From Schizochytrium sp. TIO01 (Eukaryota; Protista; Bigyra: Labyrinthulomycetes): a stretch of DNA of 64,000 nucleotides. The stretch spans positions 2,852,001 through 2,916,000 of the forward strand of contig SMSO01000034.1 in NCBI GenBank assembly GCA_004764695.1. Direction: 5' to 3'. Made by a program: the position numbers and the translations under genes. The notes under the pieces were generated by a model. That model was not told the origin of the DNA. It made no database searches and saw only the letters and a list, made by a program, of their open reading frames with translations. Below are positions 46,542 to 57,708 of this stretch, piece after piece; position 1 is the first letter of the stretch, and each line of letters opens with the position of its first letter.

Positions 46542-47150
46542 ATGAGATGGCGTTCTCATCAGGAACAACCAACAACACTTCTAAGCGCTCTGGTTGCTGT
46601 ATTGTATGGGCTTGCGATGACTCTAGCTCATGGTATCTCAACGAACCAGACCAGGACGAATACTGTAATCCCATGGAGCTTGTATACAGTCCCATCTTGT
46701 GCTGTTGCCAGTACTTTTAGCATTGACAATTCTTTCTGTACTGAGTACATGCCTCAGAATATTGTGGTCAATGGAACGTCAGTCGAAGAACAACTTGCAG
46801 CACTTCAAATCTTAGACAACCATGCAAAAAGCATCTATGAAAAGTTTGATGCAATTTTATCTACGTACGATTGCCGACTAGACTACGGTGCTGGTTCCTG
46901 CACAGCGTGTCAAGAAGCGTATCAAGCTTGGCTCTGCGCTGCATATTTCGTTGGTTGCTCTGCAGAGTTAGTGAATACCGCTTGTGATGATTCTGGCTGC
47001 GACCTCTTACAATCTGCAAAGCTGTGCCCATCTTTGTGCCAAAAGGTCATCAAGGCATGTCCGTATGTGATCGGTTTCTCTTGCCCTTCTGGAGACGAGG
47101 ACGATGCATTTTTCTCTACAGGATCATATTCTACTGGTACTTGCGAGTAG
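46542..47150 (+). CDS. Secreted/extracellular Cys-rich protein of the Mid1 / NALF (FAM155) frizzled-like CRD type
   Basis: Signal-like hydrophobic N-terminus and 14 Cys. Pattern F...L..YDC...Y....C..C..AY..WLC...F..C...C..LC..V...CP...GF.CP matches the Mid1/FAM155 cysteine-rich core as I recall it. Confidence 0.7.
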   Translation: MRWRSHQEQPTTLLSALVAVLYGLAMTLAHGISTNQTRTNTVIPWSLYTVPSCAVASTFSIDNSFCTEYMPQNIVVNGTSVEEQLAALQILDNHAKSIYEKFDAILSTYDCRLDYGAGSCTACQEAYQAWLCAAYFVGCSAELVNTACDDSGCDLLQSAKLCPSLCQKVIKACPYVIGFSCPSGDEDDAFFSTGSYSTGTCE

Positions 47151-47433
47151 GCGCATCTCTATTCTATCAAGGCATCAGGTTCATACAAAGCACTCGATAA
47201 AACAAGAATATGAATAAGGCCCGTTCATCTTTTGCTCCTCCTCATACAACCTTGCATTACATGTAAATTATTTGAATCTTAGAATAGGATACAGTGATCT
47301 CAGTAAGAGATTGTAAAAGGCATGTTTGATGTTTCGTAATGTAAGTGATTTGCACTCTTTCTTATGGTAAAGGATATGAAGGAAGGTCTAGGGAAAGTTT
47401 CTATGCTTTGCGCTGCCTACTTTTGTACTGCCC

Positions 47434-48873
47434 CTATTTAACTCGCCTGGGAAGAATTTTACGCTGACTTTGCTCAATACGTGCAATTTCGGCATGCATA
47501 TCAAGCATAGAGATAGACGCTTGAAGCAATTGATAGATGCGGTGGTGGCCTTGAAGCTCACATGCAAAATGTAAAGGCGTTTGAGCATTGCAGTTTTCTA
47601 ACTCTGGATCGGCCCCTTGTCGTAGCAACCACTCGACAAGCTCCTGTTGCTCAGTTCGAATGGCAAGATGCAAAGCCGTATTACCTTCGTTATCCCGCGC
47701 ATTGACATCAAGTGACTGATAGCTTTCGTCCGCTGCAATCTTCAAAAGTTTGGCCTTTCTTAACTGAAGATCGGCAGCTTCAAACTCCGTCGCAGCTAAG
47801 GCCTGAAGGATCGTTCGGCCAAGATGGTCGCGCTCACTCAAGTCAAGTTGGCACAATATGTCAAGTAAGGTAGAGTCTGACTTTTTCACGCCATCAAGAT
47901 CTAACAAGGTGTACTGCCCAACTGGCAGATGATCTGCGTCTGGAGTGAACCGTGGACCTAACCGTTCCCAAGCTGCTCGATCAGAGCATTGGCCTCTCTT
48001 GCACTGCCCAAACTGAACATGCTCTTTTTCATGACAAGCATGGCCATACCCAAATGAATTTAGGGGCACACGCAACTGAAACCTGCGTCCACTATTCTCC
48101 AATTCTTGCTCAATTTTCATTTTGCTTGATGTGTAATTAGGCGGACCAACGATTGCAGCCTGGCTGTTTCGCTCGATATTACTTGTGTAAGCCCCAGGAC
48201 CGGGGAAATCTGCCAAGTCTTTAGTAGCTGGGTCCTGAAAGATTCGAGCACTATTTGAACGTAGAAAAGGTGTCAAGCCCTGCCTACGTGTAATAAGATC
48301 CTCCTGCCCAGATCCATATGCGCCAACAAGTGTATTCGGTATTACTACCGGGGGGTAACGCTTAGCAGTGGCAAATGGTCCACCTCGGATTTCTCTCAAT
48401 GAGTTTTCTGCTGTTGAAGCTCGATATTCGCCTGGCCCAGGTGTGTCATCAAGAGTTGTTTTGTCAACTGTGTGCCGGGTTGACTGGCCAATAGCACCTC
48501 CTGGTACCTTCAGAAGAACCTTTCTCGTTTGAGTCATGTTTGGAGCCTCAGCACTCGCACTAGCGACATTAGATTGGAAGCGAGATGCTTTACCAAATTG
48601 ATATCCTTTCCGTGATTTAGAGTGTAGATTTTGTTTTCGCAAACTCCCATAATGCCTAGGATTCTTTGATCTGTGCGAGTCCTCCAAGCGAGTTACATTT
48701 GATCCACTTGGCCTTTGAGACGCTTTATTGAATGATTGGTCAAGGCCTTTTACAGTTCTTTGACTACATTCTGAGGCATGAGTGGACTTTGGCGGTGCTC
48801 GCACTGAAGCTTGCCAGCGTTTCCAGTAGTCTACATCATACCGGGACATTTGGGGCTTTTGCTCAACTCTCAT
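47434..48873 (-). CDS. SHIPPO-1/PGP-repeat (ODF3/STPG-like) protein with C-terminal ankyrin repeats
   Basis: TPGPGEY and FPGPGAY repeats with FG...RF/RY motifs; ankyrin repeats DVNARDNEGNTALHLA...LVEWLLRQGADP...QTPLHFAC. Confidence 0.78.
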   Translation of the reverse strand: MRVEQKPQMSRYDVDYWKRWQASVRAPPKSTHASECSQRTVKGLDQSFNKASQRPSGSNVTRLEDSHRSKNPRHYGSLRKQNLHSKSRKGYQFGKASRFQSNVASASAEAPNMTQTRKVLLKVPGGAIGQSTRHTVDKTTLDDTPGPGEYRASTAENSLREIRGGPFATAKRYPPVVIPNTLVGAYGSGQEDLITRRQGLTPFLRSNSARIFQDPATKDLADFPGPGAYTSNIERNSQAAIVGPPNYTSSKMKIEQELENSGRRFQLRVPLNSFGYGHACHEKEHVQFGQCKRGQCSDRAAWERLGPRFTPDADHLPVGQYTLLDLDGVKKSDSTLLDILCQLDLSERDHLGRTILQALAATEFEAADLQLRKAKLLKIAADESYQSLDVNARDNEGNTALHLAIRTEQQELVEWLLRQGADPELENCNAQTPLHFACELQGHHRIYQLLQASISMLDMHAEIARIEQSQRKILPRRVK

Positions 48874-50238
48874 TCACAAGATCATCAAACCTTCGTGCAA
48901 GCCGATCCGGACAACCCTGCTAACATGCAGAACCTCATGATGGCGATACATCGTACATAATTCTAACCTTTTGATTAGTTTATTCTGTTCTCATTCTAAC
49001 CTTTGCACACCCTTCTAGACGGAAAGATAATTACTTGAGACGAGGTCTCTTAACACTTACGACACCGTAAGCTCAATCAAGTAGAAAAGAGCTGCCAGTA
49101 TAGTTGACCAATGACTAATAGTGGGGAATCGCATCTGTTCACTTGAGTTTTGGCGCAAGCGAAAGGTTTATTCGGGGATATTGCTTACTAGAGAGACTTG
49201 GGAAATTAGATTGGTTTAGTTTAGGAGTTTCATTCAGGTCTGATATATCCGTTTTTCCGAGAAAAAGCGGTATCACTATATTTTTGTTAGCCAAGCATGC
49301 TCCTTTGTAGGGAATTATTAGCTCACAGATTGTTTCCGTGTCTGATATAACTTGTGGACTAGAAGAGTAATATAAATATACATATGTATATACGAAGAAT
49401 CAGTTCGGAGAGGCTTTTGAAAATGCTTCTTCATGTTTCTTTCTGATTTCTGTTTCTACTCCATATACTACCCACGCAAAAGGTGTCTTGTGAAAAGTTT
49501 TTTTTTAATTCATCCTCTTCAAAAAAACCAAAAAAAAAGTCTCTAAAGGACAGAAACATACTATACCATTAGGTACTATGATGCCCATTTTGTTTTGTAC
49601 ATATGGTGATAGGGCAATGTGTTTACAACAAGGCTGCATCGAGACGCGAAGCTGTGACGATCAATCACTTGCCCTCTCTACCTGCTACTTGTTTAGATTT
49701 AGACCTCTGCGTTTTGCCTTAGGACAATTTTAACGTTAAAAGAAAGTCGGGGGACAGCTGACGCCTGTACTCTATTGAACGGACAAAAAAGTTGTACAGC
49801 AGTTATGCTCGACGAAAACCTTTTGATTCTGATGACTTTCTCTTTTCTTGTCGGGAAAGAGGCGGGGGGATACAAGACGCAAACCACAAAATAAAGTAGA
49901 ACTTTATATTCTAGGGTTACTAGCTTTGAAGGACACGTTTCTTTTTCTACCAACGCTCTCTTTTTTCCTTTTTTTTGCATGCCAACCTACAATAGTAACA
50001 AGTTGAGTCGATTTTTTTTTTAAGAAAGCGCATTCACTATTAGAGTAGAAGCAGTGCTCCTTATCTATGTAAACGAGAGAAGGCATTGAACAAACACATA
50101 GAAGCTGCGTCGAAGTTGCGCTGGAGCGCGCTGCGAGGGAGGCAGGCGTGGCCTGCGCCAAGCTCGACTTGGCGAGGCCCATAAGCTCAGGTGTATGACT
50201 TCGACTTATATAATATCACCAAAAGCATAGTGCCGACA

Positions 50239-53200
50239 ATGGCATCCAAAAAGAAGGTCGAAGATGTTAAATTATTCCAAACTGATGATGAAGATTATGG
50301 TGCCTCGGGCTTTGGTGCTACGCGCTTTGGCCGGCGAATTAAAAGAGTTCTCCGCTTTGTCCAGCAAGGTGTTTTTGGCTTGTTGTATCTTATCGCAAAG
50401 GATCAATATAGTAGCAACAGTGTTGTTCTGAGCACCACCATCATCAACACATTACAGCTACTTTACATGTCTTTGTCTGAGAGAGCTCGCTTTCCCTGGT
50501 TTTGGTGGATGACAAAGTATATGGAACCTGTATTGAAGGTGTTTTCACTTGCATTTGTGGAGGACTTAAGTAGTACTGTGCAAATTGCAGCATTCTTTAT
50601 TTTTTTTATGCTTCTCTCCTTTACCAGCGCAATGGCTGTACTAGTGCAGTCAGAATTCGCCTCTGGTGGGGTTAAAAATTTATGGGCTTTGCCCGTCCTA
50701 CGTTTCTTTCTTAGATTGATGACGACAGTATTTTACGTTCCTGTCATTAGCGTGCTATTGCAATCTTTAGATTGTGGTAATCCATTCTCTGATTACCTCG
50801 GGTGTTCATCAACTGCGCACTATTTATTTGCAGCAGTTATTTTGGTTCTCTTGCTGTGGTTTATTACCTTTTCTGGTTTGCTCGTACTGGTATTTGGTCA
50901 GCAGGATCCTACAACAGGAGATGCCGAAGCAGGTCCACACAAACGTCTTGAGTTCTTGAATTCATTAATTAGAGCGTGTTTAGAATTTGCTTTTCAAGCT
51001 CTCAGTGCTCAGCAAGGTGAGCTGACTAATCCAAACATCCCGATTCTAATCGTCATCGTGAACGTAACTGGCTTTTGGCTTACCATATCCTACGTGTACT
51101 TTCTACCGTATTACTCAGAATTCACAAATAAGGTGATGGCAAGCTCGTACTCTCTATTTTGGTGGAGTGGTATTTGTCTTGTTGTTGCATATACAGTGAA
51201 TGATACGAGTGATTTCTCTTCCATTCTTCTCTTTTTCTTTGGTGGTCCATTCTTCATGTATTCTTGGATCCTTGCCGTGGACCTTCGAATCGATTGGTAT
51301 ATTCGTACACAAGATCGGCCACGAGATTCTCCTTATAATGAGGAGGTCAGACTTCGCCTCAAGTATCCACTTCTTAGTAGACCACTTTCCAATATAGAAG
51401 GTGATGTTCTACCATCCGAAACCCAGGCACTCCTAAAGAGTGAAAGGGATGTGGCACTACTTGATTACTTAGCCGCAGCTGAGCGTTTCCAGCGCGATGG
51501 CTTTTTTTGTTTGCACACTTCTTTACTTATGGAGCGAATCTGGCAGCATGAGGTTCGTGCCCGCAAGTTCTTGAAGCTGGCTGAAGGCTTGCCTCTAGCT
51601 TTCGATCACCTTTTCATCGTTTATCAGAAAACGCTCCAAAACAAAGAAAGGGAGACAGGAGCACGTGGTGCAATTTCGTATCTAGCATTTGATCATCATG
51701 TCAAACAAGCTAAGCAAGCCATGTCCGAGAGCGTAGATCTCATCGTTGACTTTTGGACAACCCTTATGGACGGCGACTACACCGTCAAAGACTTGCATTC
51801 ACTAAGTGTTCATATTCATAGAACTCTATCTCGTTGTCGCTTGCATATGCGCAGTTTGCTCTCTTTAAATCCAAATTCACCAACGGCACTTACCCTTTAT
51901 GCAATCTATCATGAGTATGTCTTGAACGACACATCCATGACTCGTAATATTTTGGGTACAGATGACACTGTGTCTGGGAAAGCACTTATTAATAGAATAT
52001 TACAGACACAAGACACTAAAGAATCCGAATTTGTTATAGCTGCTGAAGGCCAACGATTCGGTTGTATTGTGTGGGCATCCTTTGGCTTAGTAACTCAAGT
52101 CGGAAGAACACAAAACGAGATTCAAAACAAGCCAATTAATTGTTTGTTTGTTAGTTCACTGCAAGATATAATCACAGAATATCTCAGGGAAATGGTGGAG
52201 TCTATCTCCACATTCCAACCTATAAAGCTTCAAATTTTTATTCTGAACAAGCTTGCCATATGCAACCTAGTTGAGTGGACACTAACTCCAAATATCAATG
52301 ACTCTGGCAGTCTCGAATTTGTATGCCGATTTGAAACTGTAGCAAACGAAGATCTTCTTCTGAGTGAAGAACTCGAATCAGGGTACTTGTTAATAAACAA
52401 CCGTGGAGTCATTGTGACAGGTTGTGAAAATGTGTGGAAAATCGTTAAACTCTCAGCTGAGACTGTACAAACCTCTGAAACCCATATTTCCGAGCTAGTT
52501 CCTTGGATTCACAACGAAATGAGTATTCGCGCCGCAGAAGCACACAAGAAAAGTACAAATACAGTGGAGCTTGATGGAGCTACATATCTAGTTGATGTAC
52601 AACTCTATCTCCTAGAGTCATCCAGTGATCCACCTCGGTTTCCAGCTGTAGAACTTCACCAAGTAAAATTTACACAGATCAAGAGCCTCAGTGGTATCGA
52701 GAAATTACGAAGAATGCCAAGTGGTCGTCCTGATAGCTTTGCATCATACTTTTCGGACATCCAAAGGTCATCCGAACTTTTTGATATGGAGGATTCAGAT
52801 AACGAAAGTGGCTTAGATACTGATGAGGACAGCATCGATGTAAATGAGGAAGATCTCATGCGGCACATTAGAAAGGCGATCGAGCACAGGATAAACACAA
52901 CAAGTCCTATGGTTCATCGATTCACTCGGCAAAGTCGTTGGCTTACTCTTTTCATGATCATTTTTGCCTGTTTAAACGCGTTTCTTTTCTCTGTTCACTT
53001 GGACGAATATCGTGATGCAGTCTCATATACAGAAACTATCTTGGAAAGAAACTATCATATTACTTCAGTAGCTACGTATGTGCAAGACCAAATTGCAGCT
53101 TCGCAGGGATTTCTTAATGGGGCGGGACTTCAACTGTATACAGATGAGCAAATTGCAGATGTTCTCGTGAGTAACCTTATCGGGGTCAATGCGTCTGCGG

Positions 53201-54777
53201 ACTCGTTAGCAACAGATCATCGATTGCTGATGAGTGTTGCACAATCCGGAGGGGCATATCAAAGCACCAATCTCGCATTTGGCACCAATTCTTCTCTAGA
53301 ACCAGCAATTGTGTTACTACTATCAGATGCGCCATCTCGTAAATCGAATTTGTGGGCTGCGGTGCTTGAACTATCCAATCATATATACGCATTTTCGCAA
53401 TTCGAATCTCCGTTTTGTGGATCTTCATGCAACTTTACTTTAACCAACGCAATGCAGACTATTCTACCTCGTGCGCTGGAAGAAGCAAGTGAACTTTTTA
53501 ATGAGCAAACTTTGCGTGTTAATGAAATTTCTCAATACAATTTGCACTGTTTGGTCATTTTCAGCATCTCAACGTTGCTAATGCTCATTCAGATTTACTT
53601 TCCAGTCTTGCTCGAGACCATCCGAGGCAGGAAATGCACTGTTCATGCCTTTGCAAGCATCCCTGCACTTTTAGTCTTTGAAATGTCAGAGATGTATGCC
53701 AGTAGGGCAGTAGATCTGGTCAAACTTACAGAAAACAATGGCGAGGTCGAAGAGAAAGAACAACGTCAAGTTATTAGGCAAACTCAGATCCAGCCTGTTG
53801 CTAATCTAGCATCAATGGGAGTTGGAAACTTACGAAAAGTTTTACAGTCTATGGGCTCTAGCCTTTTATCAATTGATCAAGTTGCAAATGATAGCATACT
53901 GATTCGGGTCCTAACATCAGTTTCTCTTATTGCCCAAATTGGTTATCCAGCATTCTTAATGCTAGGGTTGTCTATAAGCTTCGTATTGTTTCCTGAAGAA
54001 ATAGATCTTTTCCCTGTCCAAAGAACTGCTCACATGGTAGGCCTGCAATGGATGACAAGCTCCGAAATCTCATTTTGGCTCAAGGAGGATTCTCGAGATG
54101 GACTGGCAGCCACTATCAAAAGTCTTTATGACCAAGACTCAGAACTTACATATTCACTCAACACTGCTAACTCGACATCTGATTATGTCTCTTTGCAAGA
54201 TATGCAATCTGAGCTTTGGAGTCTACTATTTGAGGACACATGTGCATCACGAATTGCTGACGATTTACCCTGCAATACAACAACAGAAATATACCAGCAA
54301 CTTGCAAACTTGACAAACGGTACATATGTAACGGACTTTGGGCTCAGCAACGGGCTTCATTTTATGCACGAAAATTTTCTTGAATACACTCGCAAAATGA
54401 TTGATCTAGAAGCAAAGCTCGAGAATAGGAGTGCTAGTCTGGCAGAAATTGAAGATATACTGGCCCAAAAAGCTATCATGGCCCGCCCTTCAACTTTGTT
54501 TACTTCTCTGCTTTCGTTACAAAAGCTATCCTCAACCTTGGCATATGAATACGTTGTAAGCATAGCCGATGCCATTCAAAGTCACCGGGTTGCAAGTCTA
54601 ATGGTTGCTTGCTTTTTCTTATTGCTGTCTCATTTTGGGGTTTGCAGGACTGTCAATGCTGTAGATTCCGATACGCAAAAGAACCTCATCCTCCTGATGA
54701 TGGTGCCAGAAAAAGTATTCAAACAAAGACCTCAGATCCTTGACTTATTGCAGGTAGAACAGATGGAATATAGCTGA
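50239..54777 (+). CDS. Large multi-pass membrane protein with PAS-like region (TmcB/TmcC 'tiny macrocysts'-like)
   Basis: N-terminal block of about 8 TMs, helical region (DFW..L...L..LNPNSP..L.LYA.Y...VLND), PAS-like G.IV.AS......G....EI..KPIN.L, acidic linker and C-terminal TMs ending LLMMVP. Single exon; ATG at 50239. Confidence 0.75.
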   Translation: MASKKKVEDVKLFQTDDEDYGASGFGATRFGRRIKRVLRFVQQGVFGLLYLIAKDQYSSNSVVLSTTIINTLQLLYMSLSERARFPWFWWMTKYMEPVLKVFSLAFVEDLSSTVQIAAFFIFFMLLSFTSAMAVLVQSEFASGGVKNLWALPVLRFFLRLMTTVFYVPVISVLLQSLDCGNPFSDYLGCSSTAHYLFAAVILVLLLWFITFSGLLVLVFGQQDPTTGDAEAGPHKRLEFLNSLIRACLEFAFQALSAQQGELTNPNIPILIVIVNVTGFWLTISYVYFLPYYSEFTNKVMASSYSLFWWSGICLVVAYTVNDTSDFSSILLFFFGGPFFMYSWILAVDLRIDWYIRTQDRPRDSPYNEEVRLRLKYPLLSRPLSNIEGDVLPSETQALLKSERDVALLDYLAAAERFQRDGFFCLHTSLLMERIWQHEVRARKFLKLAEGLPLAFDHLFIVYQKTLQNKERETGARGAISYLAFDHHVKQAKQAMSESVDLIVDFWTTLMDGDYTVKDLHSLSVHIHRTLSRCRLHMRSLLSLNPNSPTALTLYAIYHEYVLNDTSMTRNILGTDDTVSGKALINRILQTQDTKESEFVIAAEGQRFGCIVWASFGLVTQVGRTQNEIQNKPINCLFVSSLQDIITEYLREMVESISTFQPIKLQIFILNKLAICNLVEWTLTPNINDSGSLEFVCRFETVANEDLLLSEELESGYLLINNRGVIVTGCENVWKIVKLSAETVQTSETHISELVPWIHNEMSIRAAEAHKKSTNTVELDGATYLVDVQLYLLESSSDPPRFPAVELHQVKFTQIKSLSGIEKLRRMPSGRPDSFASYFSDIQRSSELFDMEDSDNESGLDTDEDSIDVNEEDLMRHIRKAIEHRINTTSPMVHRFTRQSRWLTLFMIIFACLNAFLFSVHLDEYRDAVSYTETILERNYHITSVATYVQDQIAASQGFLNGAGLQLYTDEQIADVLVSNLIGVNASADSLATDHRLLMSVAQSGGAYQSTNLAFGTNSSLEPAIVLLLSDAPSRKSNLWAAVLELSNHIYAFSQFESPFCGSSCNFTLTNAMQTILPRALEEASELFNEQTLRVNEISQYNLHCLVIFSISTLLMLIQIYFPVLLETIRGRKCTVHAFASIPALLVFEMSEMYASRAVDLVKLTENNGEVEEKEQRQVIRQTQIQPVANLASMGVGNLRKVLQSMGSSLLSIDQVANDSILIRVLTSVSLIAQIGYPAFLMLGLSISFVLFPEEIDLFPVQRTAHMVGLQWMTSSEISFWLKEDSRDGLAATIKSLYDQDSELTYSLNTANSTSDYVSLQDMQSELWSLLFEDTCASRIADDLPCNTTTEIYQQLANLTNGTYVTDFGLSNGLHFMHENFLEYTRKMIDLEAKLENRSASLAEIEDILAQKAIMARPSTLFTSLLSLQKLSSTLAYEYVVSIADAIQSHRVASLMVACFFLLLSHFGVCRTVNAVDSDTQKNLILLMMVPEKVFKQRPQILDLLQVEQMEYS

Positions 54778-55852
54778 ACAGAGGACATAGATTAGTTGAA
54801 TTATATCGATAAATAAAATGTTGTTCGTATGTTCAGAGTCTTGTGCCTATCAATCAATTAATCGATCATTTCCTATGCATGTATTCATATGATACGAGTC
54901 CCAAAGATGAAAATCAGAGCATAAATCTACACTGGAGGCAATGATGCACTATGGAAGCCCTGTCATTATATTTTAAGAATGTCTGAGAGAGACACAGTGG
55001 GTTCGATGCTGCCAATGTTGTAGCAATTCTTTTCTGCACCCATTGCCGCTGAACAGTAGCACTGGCTTGTCCAAATCCTCACAGATACTTTTTTTTAAAA
55101 CGTCATCAAGATGTTGAAGATGATTGCGTTGCTTCCGATATATTTCCCAAAAATAAGGTCTGCCCTTAACTAAGATTTGCCAGCTTATACTCCTGTGTGG
55201 CTTCGTATTTGAAAGCAACAAGTTAGATTTATCAGATTCATTTCATTAAAAGTTTTCAAAACTCATCTTCCCTCGCATCTTCAGCCAACGCAATGACGCC
55301 CCCAATCATTTGAACTTTGATTGTGCAACGGGAAGAAGCTTGAGCCTCTACATCGTTGTGAGATTCTGGTCCTTTATCATCTTTATTTCTCACCTTGCTA
55401 GCCATTTGAGTTCATTATCATTGTGCCTTTATTCTAATTTTTTTTAAGTCTTTGATTCTCTTTGATTGATCTTTCGGGCTCTTTTCAATGCCTAGCCAAA
55501 TTAGTCTGAAAGAAGTATTGGAGATTTTAACTCTTCTTCGACGCGTTTAAGGCAAATGTAGACCAGAGCCAATTCGTATAACCAGATAATTAATTAACTA
55601 TTCAGAATGAAACACGACCAACATTTGCTCACTACAAATCAAACTGTGTGATACAGAATTGAAGAAGGTTGAAAATTTGGCAAAAGGTCCATTTGCGAAA
55701 ATTTGGACACAATGAACAAACGCACTTGTTTGTAGAGCAGCTAATTTTGTTTTTAAATTCAGCCAGATTTGAAAGGGGGTAGACCCGTTATTATAGGGCC
55801 TACTTGAAATCAGAAAATGAATGGGAAATGATTATAATTGCATGTTGTGTTG

Positions 55853-57708
55853 TTACAAAAGCTCGCGAGCTGCATCGCTAGGCGATATTCGTTGCACTGG
55901 GTCGTAAATGAGACAATCATTTACGACTTTAATGAGTCGTAGATCGGATACCGAACCTGCAGCAAGAGATTGGTCAAGTGAGATTGAACCAGGTAATGGG
56001 GGGTATCCTCTTTACTGCTTTTAGAGTTCCCATCTTTCATATTCAACCAGCGCGGCGACCCGGACTTTGATGAAAAGAAGTTATTCCACCGCTTTGCGTT
56101 TTTGTATACTGATACTCGTTCAGGCAACCCTTTACTAGCAACGATAAGTGCTATTTGTTGGGTTTCAGTCTGGCCCGGAAAGAGTGGCACGCCCAGCATA
56201 AGCTCAGCGATGACGCAACCACAGCTCCACATATCCGCTTCCAAGCCTGTGCTTGCGCCAAGAATTACCTCTGGAGCTCGATAAAACCGTGACTGAATAT
56301 ATGTGTGAACTTGCTCGCCTTCAAAGCAAGCAGAACCTAGATCAGCAAGTCTGATCTTGGCAGAGGAAAGCACAGAGCCATTTGCAAGAATATTTAGGGA
56401 AGGTGCTGCTTTTCGTTTATCAACAATTCTATGCGGCTCTACCTCAAGAAGTATATTTTCAGGTTTGATATCACAATGCATAATTCCAGCCGATTTAAGA
56501 AAATGCATTGCAGAGAGTAATTGCTTGGAAAAAGCAAACACAAGAGGCTCTGGCAGTCCCTTTAAAGAGTTTGCTCTCAAGACCTCGTATAAATTCCAAG
56601 AATATAGGGGGAACACTAAGCACAGGTGGTTTCGGAAAGTGAAAGCATCAAGAAAACCAATCACCCGAGACTGGTTTCGAGGATCCCGCTTTCGTACTGC
56701 TTGCAAAATGCGTAGCTCAACATGTGCCTGCTTTTGAAAACGAGGTGCACTACGTATCATTTTGATAGCTACCCGAGTACCTTGACCAGTTCGATGGTCC
56801 CGGCAGCGAAACACCTGTCCAAAGCTTCCCCTCCCCAGGCTTTTTTCAACTTCAAAGCGATAGTTGAGATGCTCCCCAGTGAAGGCGATGTACTCTCCAT
56901 CTTTGGTATCGAATTTCCCCTGGGACATACGAGCAATCTTGGAAGTCTGTGTACCAATAAAGTACAATGCCTCGTACTGCTTGACTTCGTTTTGTTCATA
57001 GTCCGCAAATAGTTCGCTGCAAGTTGCAAGTGCCTCTTGGCCAGAAAGAATTCGCCTGCCGCCGTGCTGTGCAGCACTCGATTCAGTATTTTTAATCCTT
57101 GCTTGCCTCTCAGGCGTGACAATAGCAGACTCTTCAGATGATAGCGCTGAGTGTATGATTTGCCTACCGTAACTTTTGTTCTGGTGTTGTGTTGTCATTT
57201 TCTGCGGACGATGTGGCTGCAATCTTGTTTGTCTTGTCTCACCCTTCAGTTCTGTCTCTTCTTGATGCGTAATTTGCAAGTGTCTTTGTGGTAAATGTTG
57301 CTTTAAGTGTGATAGCTGCTGTGTCTGTCGCCTACCTTCTTTATGTGCAACTCGAGCACTTTGGGTGCTTAAATGCTCAGGCTCCCCCCTTGGCGATCTC
57401 GAATTCACCGCGGGTTCTCTAGCCGAGGAAAAGCTTTCTTGAGAAGAAAACCTCAAAGCCGGCATTTGATCAAACTTCTCTGCATGAAGGCTGGCACGGT
57501 CGAACCTTGACACATTCACCTTGTGTTGGTGTTGCAAGTGTACTTGGCGAAGAACCCGTTCCTGAGGAGTTTGCATCTCGTTCTCAAGATGCCAGGTCTG
57601 GTCTTGGCGCAACTTAGAGTCAGCATCTCTCCTGAGGTTTTCGTGGCGGGAACCGTCGCTGCCACGACGCAAAGCGAGCCTTGGCACGCGGAAATAAGTC
57701 TCGCTCAT
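55853..57708 (-). CDS. Class II DYRK dual-specificity kinase; frame shifts at the G6 run 55998-56003, C-terminus continues to TAA at 55853
   Basis: NAPA-like YE..E...Y..LYFIG, DH-box FD.KDGEY, GRGSFGQV, VAIKMIR, HCDIKPENILL, TYIQSRFYRAPEV, DMWS.GC. Subdomain XI (CLIYDPVQRISPSDA) lies in another frame downstream of the homopolymer. Confidence 0.88.
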
